From an uncultured Erysipelotrichaceae bacterium (GTDB lineage: Bacteria; Bacillota_I; Bacilli_A; RF39; UBA660): DNA of 41,044 nucleotides. Below the pieces are notes generated by a model. It was not told the origin of the DNA. It did not search any database and was given only the letters and a program-made list of their open reading frames with translations. Of this stretch, positions 28,201 to 33,951 are shown one piece after another; the stretch's first letter is position 1, and each line of letters begins with the position of its first letter. The stretch covers positions 1-41,044 of the forward strand of contig CACZTI010000050.1 of assembly GCA_902783985.1 (NCBI GenBank), given 5' to 3'. The translations under genes were made by a program, and so were the position numbers.

Positions 28201-28644
28201 ATTGAATCATCTGATGAATGTGATGTTCCATTTAAAATAATGGAAAAGAATTATGGATTAGATATTGATATTGATGATAAATATTTAATTATTGATCATG
28301 AAACAAGTAATAATTTAGATGGTAATAAAGATTTTAATTTCAATATTTTATATTCATCTACCCTAGATAATCCAAATCTTCGTATTGCCCTATTTAGAAG
28401 AACTTATAATAATATATATGATTTATCATATAATCTTGTAGATGTTAAAGATTATCTTGATGGAACACTAAATACTACAAGTGATGATAAAGTATATAAA
28501 TTCTTTACTAATCCAGGATCTAATGTAAATAATAGTTATACTTTAAAAGATAATTTAAAAACCGGAACATATAAGTTAGTAATATATCTATATGATGGTG
28601 ATGTAAATGTTGGTAATATCTATCAATACTTTGTTATCAAATAA
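19228..28644 (+). CDS. Giant (3138 aa) exported protein with ricin-type beta-trefoil-like blocks and a long parallel beta-helix repeat region; putative adhesin
   Basis: AGGAGG RBS. The N-terminal signal-anchor ends in NLFRTFSED. It has two blocks of W.I....G.Y.I.N....(R)YL.....W.YD modules (about 20060-21280 and 22660-23520) and two beta-helix blocks rich in (I/V)(Y/F)GG(G/S)N (about 22080-22640 and 23540-26070). The C-terminal third is beta-sandwich-like. There is no LPXTG. Confidence 0.85.
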   Translation: MKKIVKNKSLFNRLIVIFFVIAIILFLSINLFRTFSEDVSDTSSHITGDTVYVNDLVSDYNYYLGMNYVGDIDSNSVSYSDSNLSSVTIVYHGYDSSVNNCDDTLCGYVSLTERQNKFIYYKYYPVVNNEMTIELIDNPFSDRPTNKAFGGWTSTDGVITRNNNTNVQTIKVVKSGNNQVVNIYANWINAHVVYLKGSLGDDNFDGSTEDDAVASWGRAFSLLESNSTNPDDRERNIIVLTGDIAMSPNYSQTVTHTYDITVNYNDKTNFDDTPHIIEYKNGNTRYALTDNNGVSYTTLSLNTEPLDNTKWIIREENGSYTIQNYDTNRYLSYSVNGSNVTLNMTNTSTLWKYDNNLRKFYVPIDLSYYEYTYNDVNNITSGEEYLITSGSENNTLNSNLANISFNNRNFNNNALWTFTNENGGYSIKNGNNYLSSVDGGNNGAALYFSSSLATWRYDDTNHAFYRQTLINYVTYSYNHANYINSGSNYYITNGDNNNLIALSVNGNNLTYFDMTDNEPTNTSSWLLNNYNGGYTIRNVSNNRYLYCSNNGTLSTNTNSRTWMYDANNHRLYYQRNYNNRYYLRYNNGTWSTTTNANQATELYFTTRVTNSSYQNTNVYLSFDNNRWGLVDTLGDNTTITLKTVESNYVNNTVNYYVRYNNGFEISDIDSNNRLNFATYTIDREIRTTNTGNIGTNNYNTNNNNLAVTITSLYNHIDYRNNASIDLTDDVNNGYDFVSAYNDLQMEYLSIKANGFNAISNDTTTTNYSGTYAALEGNYHNVRIGRGMNTTSWTNDSASIFSFAYGGSDSTSLGSSNNHNNDYRFVIETGRYSSVMGVRIANDGNYSNYNTVDYYGKMTFVLGNDYDRVSNIHNRLQVYYRAGSSNNYGIVGKTNSNNPAYLINVKSGNIGYDYFNNNPSDDNRAYSGLYVGGLTVNATNSTTDISPRVLVMEGGYIANIVGGLRLYENYQNTVPTKIYVKGGTISNIVGGAGVSTTYGNRYISVTGGSIEYSVSGGSNGVFATDSTGQQSGKLQGNSYVHIGGNASIGTNNSGELYGVSYGSVLGAGNGNSDVPNSGQVIKTNVFISGDAKIYGSVYGGGNYGNVTDDVHLDISGGTIYGSVYGGANKNGIGSVTIQEGMGETVSYVNHENITSGNGYLIVKENGSTMNALSLNNNSITNSVLGTTTSAPLRSFWTITSQDNGYTIKNVSNNMYLTHETGLNNPTLKLDTNPAVWQYDTSNKSFYKQASYFNDYTVSYNFSTSMITNEEILLTNSNSNTANSMAITNNNLSNITLNSTSIPLDNLWIIEENNGEYAIKNVNTGLYLNMESSGWFNYNLTLGNNPTYWQSDGRNFYYGAFFRTYYLTYNNGWTTTTTASSGTNFYFGKYNINYNEIEDTFYLGFNNNWVLTRTNTSVNSLTFKTQNVSTNFVQTATNRLNGDVTINMTGGEIKKTLYGGSCEKGNVAGDVIINILGGTINYDDNNHGSLFGGGYGEETSIAGNINVSIEDNNKVMIKGDSYGGSALGTVIGNIQFDIDDTSSTPTITIDGDTYCGSMGNKLDSTLGNIMGNCSLNIKEGDFTKNFYGGNNSGGGAYGNITVTTGGYNTDAKIGNVYGGGNEADSLSNNVTVYVKDKSNITNVFGGGNLATVSNTNVYLQGGTATNTFGGSNKSGADVTNVYLQNGNFTNIYGGSNELGEVLATNITLTGGRATTVYGGNNIGGTTTNSNVLLNGSNVDTIYGGGNEAQTTTTIVNINNGTASNVYGGGNKALTDTTNVNLNGGTITNTYGGGNEAGIITKTNVKLAGSTTTNIFGGSNTSGVVPISNVLVNSGTSSNIYGGNNVGGSTTESFVTMNGGTINTIYGGGLLASTGKTNVTINNSLTNVYGGGESANVTGSSNIQMNSGTISNIYGGSNTSGVVNNSNITIDGGTITTIYGGNNAGGSTTVSNLNINDGTINTIYGGGSRANHGTSNINFNTVSNNSVSAIYGGGMEASCTTSNVNLIKGKANYVYGGSNTSGVVTTANVNITGGTYTDIYGGNNAGGTTTNTFIDYQNATVSNIYGGGNNADVSGNTSVKLANGTISNNIFGGGNNAKVLGNTNVLINGTTINGSAYAGGNGASATVVKDTYILVEGNTNILNHVFGGGNAAYTGIVTNNNSKGSVNIIGGRINGNVYGGANTSVLYGDTTVNIGYNAVLNNNANLDSSTLSKGDIYIGGTVFGGGEANASGSEDYDYSFISVTVGIIINIDGSNHDHFDISGSIFGSGNASSTTGYSRIYISNYGSLDDVKENISIQRADLVVLNNTNIELSGATDRTNEYSSVLFSVSRIDELDLVNNSTIYFQNGANLLKKFRSLKDNNTLASVVIDEDNGTVVKNVNNRIYMLEDKILNIATNQNITSYGEVDGMTFLGMYKKERTGEIVVAMYDTSYNYGDHADDNDIYYFSGGTYVLGLHEDNHNIEVDGFYSNFASTEEGEENTLEVKYIVPTPEDSSYYMWIIGTSVTSYEVDLVASKYSTLGTYELPLIDYTTANTYFSVVGFQYENLNSEVSLVSPNSIPRIASNSNDADNKLGLSIRPGTEGWITLGSTDFLTESENNISGTTTYYTENSSLAPSLLFYLYHSKNLATDGNLGYVTIKLLAITPINDLEKETTRIDIVVNLSRAIYQGDFYEAAMTPGRQYEFFSSSPTRITSKSSLSAYYALYVNSDTNIYRNGYHHALVSDKLLPVNTKITMIDFASGTSPEYYYYITNAQDNIDIINKYNLYLTYSYDLSKFIKMGSSSTNNTYDEETLKNIYYNSENKMAVEEFIFIVDFCDAEIASNYLETSLLMEIRTSTEQTIYSVLGTQHDSMKYDLYYNSDGIIHVDAELNNNVIHIGNDTTLRVTTSFEQKKDNSNNNIIDTTYYDNKLGIKLTIYDENNNQVNGVDLMGVSFVYNGITHYPRSDGTVRINLAEKVANVYSAIVIDTSDGNLSGGNYTLKVESFYSPDGIYYGIESSDECDVPFKIMEKNYGLDIDIDDKYLIIDHETSNNLDGNKDFNFNILYSSTLDNPNLRIALFRRTYNNIYDLSYNLVDVKDYLDGTLNTTSDDKVYKFFTNPGSNVNNSYTLKDNLKTGTYKLVIYLYDGDVNVGNIYQYFVIK
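23540..26070 (+). repeat. More than 35 tandem repeats of about 24-25 aa (72-75 nt) of the form x(I/V)(Y/F)GG(G/S)Nxxxxxx(T/S)N(V/I)x(L/I)xGG, with a higher-order period of about 300 nt
   Basis: The 23-mer ggtggaagtaatacaagtggtgt recurs at 24667, 24961 and 25264 (spacings 294 and 303 nt). The rung types GGSNTSG / GGNN(A/V)GG / GGG.. / GGG.. cycle in the same order. Confidence 0.9.
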
Positions 28645-28646
28645 TC

Positions 28647-28677
28647 AAAAAGTAGTTGAAAAACACTACTTTTTTTG
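28647..28677 (+). terminator. Rho-independent terminator after the giant gene
   Basis: Stem aaaaagtagt / actacttttt with an 8-nt loop, then a T-run. Confidence 0.7.
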
Positions 28678-28707
28678 ATATTCTTATAATAGAAGGAGAA
28701 AAGAATT

Positions 28708-30042
28708 ATGGAAGAAAAGAAAAAGAAATTTTTAATAAAAAGTTATAAACAAATGTTTATGGTAATAGGAATATTTACCTTAATTTTATTAGTTGGTGGA
28801 ACAACATATGCATTTTTTAATTATACAAGAACCGGTTCTGCCAATACTTTAAGAACAGGAAGAATTTATTTTAGTACAGAACAAACAAATCAAAATACGA
28901 TTACATTAAATAATATTTTTCCAATGACTAAAGAACAAGCACTTGCTGATACAAGTACAAATGGCACATTAGTAGTAACCTTTACTGGAGATACCACATA
29001 TACTGAAGGAATAGAATATTTATTAACAATAGATTCAGTAACAAGAACAGCCAATGTACCAATAAGTTTAATCATGGATGTTAATGTAGAATCAAGAACA
29101 GCAGGTGAAACACCAACAGTAACCACATTAACTGAAAATGTTGATTATTATTCAGCAAGAGAAGCTAAAACAACATCAATGTATAAAGCAGAAGGAAATG
29201 ATACCACAATAAATAGTACAACACATAAAGTAATAACTGATATCGAAACAGGAAAATATTTACTTGCAGGATACATTAAAAGTGGAACAGATGTTGTAAA
29301 TGGAACAGTAACCATAAAAGCATTTATAGATGCTGATAATCTTTTAATTACTGATACCCCAAATGATCAATCTAAAGCTCCAACTGGATATACAGATGGA
29401 ACAGTAACAACAGGAAAAACTGTCATATCAACAACTGATTGGAATTCTCTACAATCAACGGGAGTAAGTTTTAAAGTAAAAGGAGAAGCAAATCCAGGAA
29501 TCTGGGTACCAGAACCAAGTCAAGGAACAATTGATTCATGTCCGGGATGTAAATTTATTTACTCAACAACTCAAATGTGGACAACATGGAATACTGAAAG
29601 TGAAACACCAACACAAATAACAAGTGGATATAGTGAAAATTATAATGATATCGTAACAAGTAGTGGAAAGAATTACTTTTTAGGAGTGGTAACAAATAAT
29701 AATAATGAAGTAACAAATGACTATGCATGTGGAATAAAAGATGGAACACCATTTTGTATCGAAGGAACAAATGATGGATCAAAATATACAGCAAATCAAG
29801 GACTAATAAATGGAGCAAGTCTATGGAATAACACATGTAATATACAAACTGGTAAAGGTAGTGTTGAAGTAACAATATGTGGACCATGGGATGACACCTC
29901 TGTTTCTGCTGCTGCTGGCTCTGATGGCATTGCGGATGCTGGCGTTGGTGATGACGACTACTGTGAAGTGGACATATATGGCCGTTTCATGTGCTATGGG
30001 TCTGTTCATGAGGAGCCTGCGCCTCTTGGACCACAGTCGTAG
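28708..30042 (+). CDS. Exported protein (444 aa): the same N-terminal TasA-like module as the LRR protein, fused to a Cys-rich C-terminal domain
   Basis: AGGAG RBS. GGTTYAFFNYTRTGSANTL matches GGVTYAFFNYTRTGETNLL in 3150... Further shared blocks are (L/I)NN(I/L)FP, TGDTTYTEGIEY / TGNTDYEEGLEY, Y(L/F)L(A/T)GYI and (V/I)SFK(V/I)K.EA. The last 170 aa contain 10 Cys. The last 54 codons (about 162 nt) are G+C-rich. Confidence 0.8.
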   Translation: MEEKKKKFLIKSYKQMFMVIGIFTLILLVGGTTYAFFNYTRTGSANTLRTGRIYFSTEQTNQNTITLNNIFPMTKEQALADTSTNGTLVVTFTGDTTYTEGIEYLLTIDSVTRTANVPISLIMDVNVESRTAGETPTVTTLTENVDYYSAREAKTTSMYKAEGNDTTINSTTHKVITDIETGKYLLAGYIKSGTDVVNGTVTIKAFIDADNLLITDTPNDQSKAPTGYTDGTVTTGKTVISTTDWNSLQSTGVSFKVKGEANPGIWVPEPSQGTIDSCPGCKFIYSTTQMWTTWNTESETPTQITSGYSENYNDIVTSSGKNYFLGVVTNNNNEVTNDYACGIKDGTPFCIEGTNDGSKYTANQGLINGASLWNNTCNIQTGKGSVEVTICGPWDDTSVSAAAGSDGIADAGVGDDDYCEVDIYGRFMCYGSVHEEPAPLGPQS

Positions 30043-30205
30043 TCCCGCCAGCTGATCCAATCTCACAATCTTGAATCAAGCATTTTCGTTAAGAAAATGT
30101 GCATGAGGACAAAATCTTTTAGATTTTGGTCCGAATAAAGTGCTGAACGAAAGACGAGGCACAAGGGGTCTCTTGGCACTATTATATAAATAGTGCCAAG
30201 AGATA
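29881..30205. other. G+C-rich compositional island spanning the 3' end of the 444-aa gene and about 160 nt downstream
   Basis: My hand counts are 34/60, 30/60 and 35/60 G+C for 29881-30060, against about 25-30% in the flanks. The downstream part carries at least three perfect or near-perfect hairpins. Confidence 0.7.
30169..30203 (+). terminator. 15-bp perfect stem-loop (possible terminator of the 444-aa gene, or part of a structured RNA)
   Basis: tctcttggcactatt-atata-aatagtgccaagaga. The downstream sequence is A/T-rich but is not a clean T-run. Confidence 0.4.
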
Positions 30206-30363
30206 ATAATTATGTTATAAAAAACTAGAGTTCTTTATAAAGGGATATTCTAATTTATGTGGGCTGCTTTTATCTTGAATAAATTAATAAAATACATGTA
30301 AAATATGTATTTTTATTTTGTTTTATGATATAATTTTTTTATAAATACTTGGAAGGTGAAGAT

Positions 30364-30468
30364 ATGAATGATATTTCAAATAGTGATTTATTAGATATAT
30401 ATAAATTAGTAAGTGACTATATAAAAGAATTAACAAAAGATAAAGAAAGTTTTCATGATGGTGAATAG
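30364..30468 (+). CDS. Small ORF (34 aa) whose stop abuts or overlaps the start region of the 519-aa gene
   Basis: GGAAGGTGA RBS 4 nt before ATG 30364. MNDISNSDLLDIYKLVSDYIKELTKDKESFHDGE. Its TAG (30466-30468) lies 1 nt before ATG 30470 of the next ORF. Confidence 0.35.
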   Translation: MNDISNSDLLDIYKLVSDYIKELTKDKESFHDGE

Positions 30469-32014
30469 TATGTTAGATGATGTTAAAAATAAAATAGAAA
30501 ATGATAAAGAAATATTAAGTGTATTACCTAAAAACAATTTGAAAAATAGAAAAAATTATTTAGAAAAAGTAACATCATTAATTAATGAATATCAAGGTAT
30601 TAATGATAATGTATTAACTGAAATAGAAAAAAGATATCATAGTTTATGTGATATAAAAGATGATAATATTAGTAATAATACAACTGAATTATTAAATGAT
30701 TTTAATTATCTAAATAGTTTAACTTCACCAATGGAAATACTTAATTTAGATAAAATGTTAGATATAATTAATTCATATGAAAATGAAAATCTTGATATTA
30801 TTAATGAAAATATTTTAAATATTATTAAAGTGTTTAATGATGTTGGTATTGTTTTAAATAAAGAATCATTTGATTTTAATGTTTACGCTAGTGAATATAT
30901 TGATTTTTTACTTAAAGAAAAAGATAATAATAAAATACATGAATATTTTGAAAAATTATATTGGAAATGTCCTAATATTTTAAAATATCTTGTGGTTAAT
31001 TTCTATGATTTATATTTTAAAAATAATAAGAAATTTATAAGTTATATTGAAAATCAAAAATCAAATAAATTTTCTAAATATGAAGATAAAAAGAATAGTG
31101 GATTTAGTATATTTAGAAAAAAGAGTTCTAATTATTTAGATAATGTTAATAAAGAATATCAAAAAAGAATTATTAATTATGATAATTTAATTAGTAAATC
31201 AAGAAAAAGATATTTAGATATGTTTTTAAATAATGAATTAGATATTAAAGATTATGATAAAGTTAAAATAGATAAAATGATTAATGATTATACAGAAAAT
31301 TCGATTGTTAATGATAAAAAAAGTTTATTTATTAATTTAAGAAATTCTCTTAGAGAATATCAAATGATTAGTAAATACCATTATATAATTGATGAATGTC
31401 ATGAATTATATAATAATAAAAATGATTATAAGAGTGTTTTAAAAAATAAACTTAAAGATATAGATAAAATATCTAATGAAATAAAAAAGAATAATGTTAA
31501 AGCTAAAAAGATAATGGATAATGATAATAATGAATTTCTTAATAAAAATGATTTACTTTTAAATGATTTATTAAATTTATATAGTGAATATGATTTAGAT
31601 ATTATTAAAGATCGAATATATAATTATATTGATGATAATAGTAAGTTATCTCTTTATTTAGAACTTGGTATTAGTAGTTATTTGTTTTTAAAAAGGGTAT
31701 CTTCTAAATATCAAATTGAAATGGATCTAAATGATATTTTAAAAGATATTAATACATTTATTCATAGTCCATATGTTACATTAATAAATAATGAAGGTTA
31801 TAGTGATTTAGAAAAATTAAATTCTATTGTTGTAGATAAATATAAATTATTAGGATTTAATATTAATTTAGATTATTTAGAAGAAGGTAATATTGATAAT
31901 TTTATTAAAGTTATTGATAACATTGTTAATTATCATTATATGAATGATATTAATATTAATTTTGATGATATAAGTTTTATTTTAAAAGCAAGGGAGATTT
32001 TAGAAGGGAAATAG
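30455..32014 (+). CDS. Cytoplasmic Asn/Lys/Asp-rich helical protein of unknown function (519 aa; the start could be 30455, 30458 or 30470)
   Basis: Long ORF with no TM segments and no recognisable motif. It heads SipW locus 2. Confidence 0.6.
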   Translation: MMVNSMLDDVKNKIENDKEILSVLPKNNLKNRKNYLEKVTSLINEYQGINDNVLTEIEKRYHSLCDIKDDNISNNTTELLNDFNYLNSLTSPMEILNLDKMLDIINSYENENLDIINENILNIIKVFNDVGIVLNKESFDFNVYASEYIDFLLKEKDNNKIHEYFEKLYWKCPNILKYLVVNFYDLYFKNNKKFISYIENQKSNKFSKYEDKKNSGFSIFRKKSSNYLDNVNKEYQKRIINYDNLISKSRKRYLDMFLNNELDIKDYDKVKIDKMINDYTENSIVNDKKSLFINLRNSLREYQMISKYHYIIDECHELYNNKNDYKSVLKNKLKDIDKISNEIKKNNVKAKKIMDNDNNEFLNKNDLLLNDLLNLYSEYDLDIIKDRIYNYIDDNSKLSLYLELGISSYLFLKRVSSKYQIEMDLNDILKDINTFIHSPYVTLINNEGYSDLEKLNSIVVDKYKLLGFNINLDYLEEGNIDNFIKVIDNIVNYHYMNDININFDDISFILKAREILEGK

Positions 32015-32017
32015 TTA

Positions 32018-32046
32018 TTGCATAAGATTTTTGATTATGTTATACT
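32018..32046 (+). promoter_or_regulatory. Sigma-A-type promoter for the locus-2 sipW operon
   Basis: TTGCAT, a 17-nt spacer, then TATACT preceded by TGt (extended -10). It sits 15 nt upstream of ATG 32062. Confidence 0.6.
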
Positions 32047-32061
32047 TTTAATGGTGATAGT

Positions 32062-32607
32062 ATGAAGGTTATAGGAAATATTTTTAGAACAATTTTATTT
32101 GCATATTTAGTTATTTGTGCTTTTGCAACTTTTTGTTTATTAAAAACAAATGATAAGGGTGTTGTACAAATTGGTGATACATCACTTGTTGTTATGGAAA
32201 ATGATGTATTAAATTATTATAAAAAAGGAGATTTAGTTATTGTTAAATATCCTGATTTAAATAGTATCGGTAAGGGAGAACCAGTATTATTTTATGATAC
32301 ATCATTTAATAAAAATACTGTAACACTTGCTAAAGTTACAGATAATAAGTATGTTAATGAAAAAGAACACACATTCTCATATAAAAATGAAAGTAATGAA
32401 GATAAAGCTTTTTCTAGTGAATATTTAATTGGAAAAGTAAATGGAAGTAGTAAGATGGGATTTGTTGGTAGTGTTTTAAAGACAATGACATCAAGATGGG
32501 GATTTTTATTCTTAGTTATTTTACCATTTCTAATTGTATTTTTATATGAAGTTTATGTTATTGTTAAGGAATTTAAAAAGACTCTTAAAGAAGTAAGAGA
32601 AGAGTAA
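32062..32607 (+). CDS. SipW-shaped membrane protein lacking the catalytic Ser/His (pseudo-signal-peptidase), copy 2
   Basis: N-terminal TM, soluble domain and C-terminal TM (WGFLFLVILPFLIVFLYEVYV). SLVVMENDVLNYYKKGDLVIVKY occupies the place of SGSMEP...GSLILVKE. TLAKVT occupies the place of THRIV. Confidence 0.55.
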   Translation: MKVIGNIFRTILFAYLVICAFATFCLLKTNDKGVVQIGDTSLVVMENDVLNYYKKGDLVIVKYPDLNSIGKGEPVLFYDTSFNKNTVTLAKVTDNKYVNEKEHTFSYKNESNEDKAFSSEYLIGKVNGSSKMGFVGSVLKTMTSRWGFLFLVILPFLIVFLYEVYVIVKEFKKTLKEVREE

Positions 32608-32610
32608 TTT

Positions 32611-33189
32611 ATGCGAAAAATACTACTTTTAGTCGTATTATTATTTCTTTCTTTAACTATTATGGAAATCAGTAATACTTTTGGTTTATTTGAAACTAAT
32701 AATGTTATAACAGTAGATAATAATATTGCTAAATGGCAAATTAAAGTTAATAATAGTTTGATTAAAGATCCTGTTCATTTTACAGTTAATAATTATAATA
32801 TTGATAGTGATTCCAATGTTAAAGAAGGATTAATAGCTCCTGGAGTTGGAGCTTATTTTGATATTGATATTGATCCTAATAATACATCAGTATCCATTAG
32901 ATATGATATTACTTTTGATTTAACAGGATTAGAAAATGATAAGATAAAAATAGTTAATATTGAAGAATTAGGTGGCAATACTTTAGTTAATAATAATGAT
33001 ACTTATACGGGTATTATCCCTATTAATAATAGTTCTATTCATCATATTAGAGTACATATTGAATGGGAAAATGATGAAGAAAATAATGAAATTGATTCAA
33101 AGTTTGGGGTTACAGGTGAAAAAGAAATTAATATCGCTACGAATATTAAATTTAGTCAATATTTAGGGGAAACAATTACAAATAATTAA
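32611..33189 (+). CDS. TasA/camelysin-like exported protein (192 aa)
   Basis: The signal peptide ends in SNTFGLFETNN. IAKWQIKVNN, LIAPGVGAYFDIDIDPNN and IRVHIEWENDEEN. It is a paralogue of 16641..17225. Confidence 0.7.
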   Translation: MRKILLLVVLLFLSLTIMEISNTFGLFETNNVITVDNNIAKWQIKVNNSLIKDPVHFTVNNYNIDSDSNVKEGLIAPGVGAYFDIDIDPNNTSVSIRYDITFDLTGLENDKIKIVNIEELGGNTLVNNNDTYTGIIPINNSSIHHIRVHIEWENDEENNEIDSKFGVTGEKEINIATNIKFSQYLGETITNN

Positions 33190-33210
33190 AGAATAAAAAG
33201 AGGTGATGAT

Positions 33211-33951
33211 ATGTTAAATAAATCTCATAAGATTGTTAATATTATAGTTAATATTTTAATAACTATCGTCATCTTGATTATTCTTTTTTGTTTATATAGT
33301 TTTATAAGTTTAAAAATAATGCAAAAAAAATATGTTAATATCTTTGGATATACATATTTTCAAGTAGCAACTGGTAGTATGAAAGACTATATAAATGAAG
33401 GTGATGTTGTTATTGTAAAAATAAATAGTGATTATAATGAAGGTGATGTTGTAACTTATATATCTGGTAAGGATTTTGTAACTCACCGTGTTATTGAAAA
33501 GAATGATGATTATATCATAACAAAAGGTGATAATAATAATACTAATGATAATCCCATTGATAAAAGTTTAGTTTTAGGTAAAGTTACTAAGATTATTCCA
33601 AATGTTAAAGCGATTAAAGAAGTTTTATTATCTCCTAAAGTTATTATTTTAATCTTTGTATCGCTATTTTGTTTAAGTTTATTATTTTCGTATAATGGAA
33701 ATAAAGAAAAGGTTATTAAAGAGGATAAAGAAAAAGATAAAATAGAAATAAAAGAAAAAGAAGAAAAGAAAAAAGATAAAGATACTGAAATAGTTAAAGT
33801 TAAAGAAGTACCTTCTAAAAAGAAAAAAGTTTTAGATGCTACTCAAGTTATAGATATAACTGAAATAAAAAAAGAAGTTAAAAAATCTAAAAAAGTATTA
33901 GATGCAACGCAAATAATTGATATAAATGAGATAAAAAATAAGGTGAAATGA
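33211..33951 (+). CDS. sipW: Signal peptidase I, archaeal/ER type (SipW-like), copy 2, with a Lys/Glu-rich repeat-containing C-terminal tail
   Basis: GAGGTGA RBS. N-terminal TM, ATGSMKDY (Ser), VTHRVI (His), TKGDNNN and a C-terminal TM. A tail of about 80 aa follows, containing two copies of KKVLDATQ(V/I)IDI(T/N)EIK. Confidence 0.85.
   Translation: MLNKSHKIVNIIVNILITIVILIILFCLYSFISLKIMQKKYVNIFGYTYFQVATGSMKDYINEGDVVIVKINSDYNEGDVVTYISGKDFVTHRVIEKNDDYIITKGDNNNTNDNPIDKSLVLGKVTKIIPNVKAIKEVLLSPKVIILIFVSLFCLSLLFSYNGNKEKVIKEDKEKDKIEIKEKEEKKKDKDTEIVKVKEVPSKKKKVLDATQVIDITEIKKEVKKSKKVLDATQIIDINEIKNKVK

Noticed and set aside
2207-29887. Other short ORFs nested in, or antisense to, long genes:
- 2207-2446
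- 4232-4432
- 9853-10095
- 13646-13864
- 14117-14317
- 14759-14941
- 17585-17824
- 20876-21115
- 21608-21799
- 26823-27029
- 28890-29126
- 29555-29887
- 29821-30066
- 33887-34084
   Set aside because: All of them lie inside longer ORFs that have recognisable motifs or repeat structure. They have no RBS and show compositions typical of off-frame AT-rich sequence.
29881-30060. The G+C-rich C-terminal coding tail could be a diversity-generating retroelement variable region (VR with a downstream hairpin).
   Set aside because: I found no second copy (template repeat) of this sequence anywhere in the 41 kb. There is no reverse transcriptase gene in the window, and the encoded tail does not resemble a C-type-lectin/DUF1566 VR scaffold. 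It is kept only as a remote possibility under the GC-island finding.
30120-30165. The tRNA-like T-loop word ggtccgaat might indicate a tRNA or tmRNA fragment, or an integration site.
   Set aside because: I could not build a flanking T-stem, acceptor stem or anticodon arm. No integrase or other mobile-element gene is nearby.
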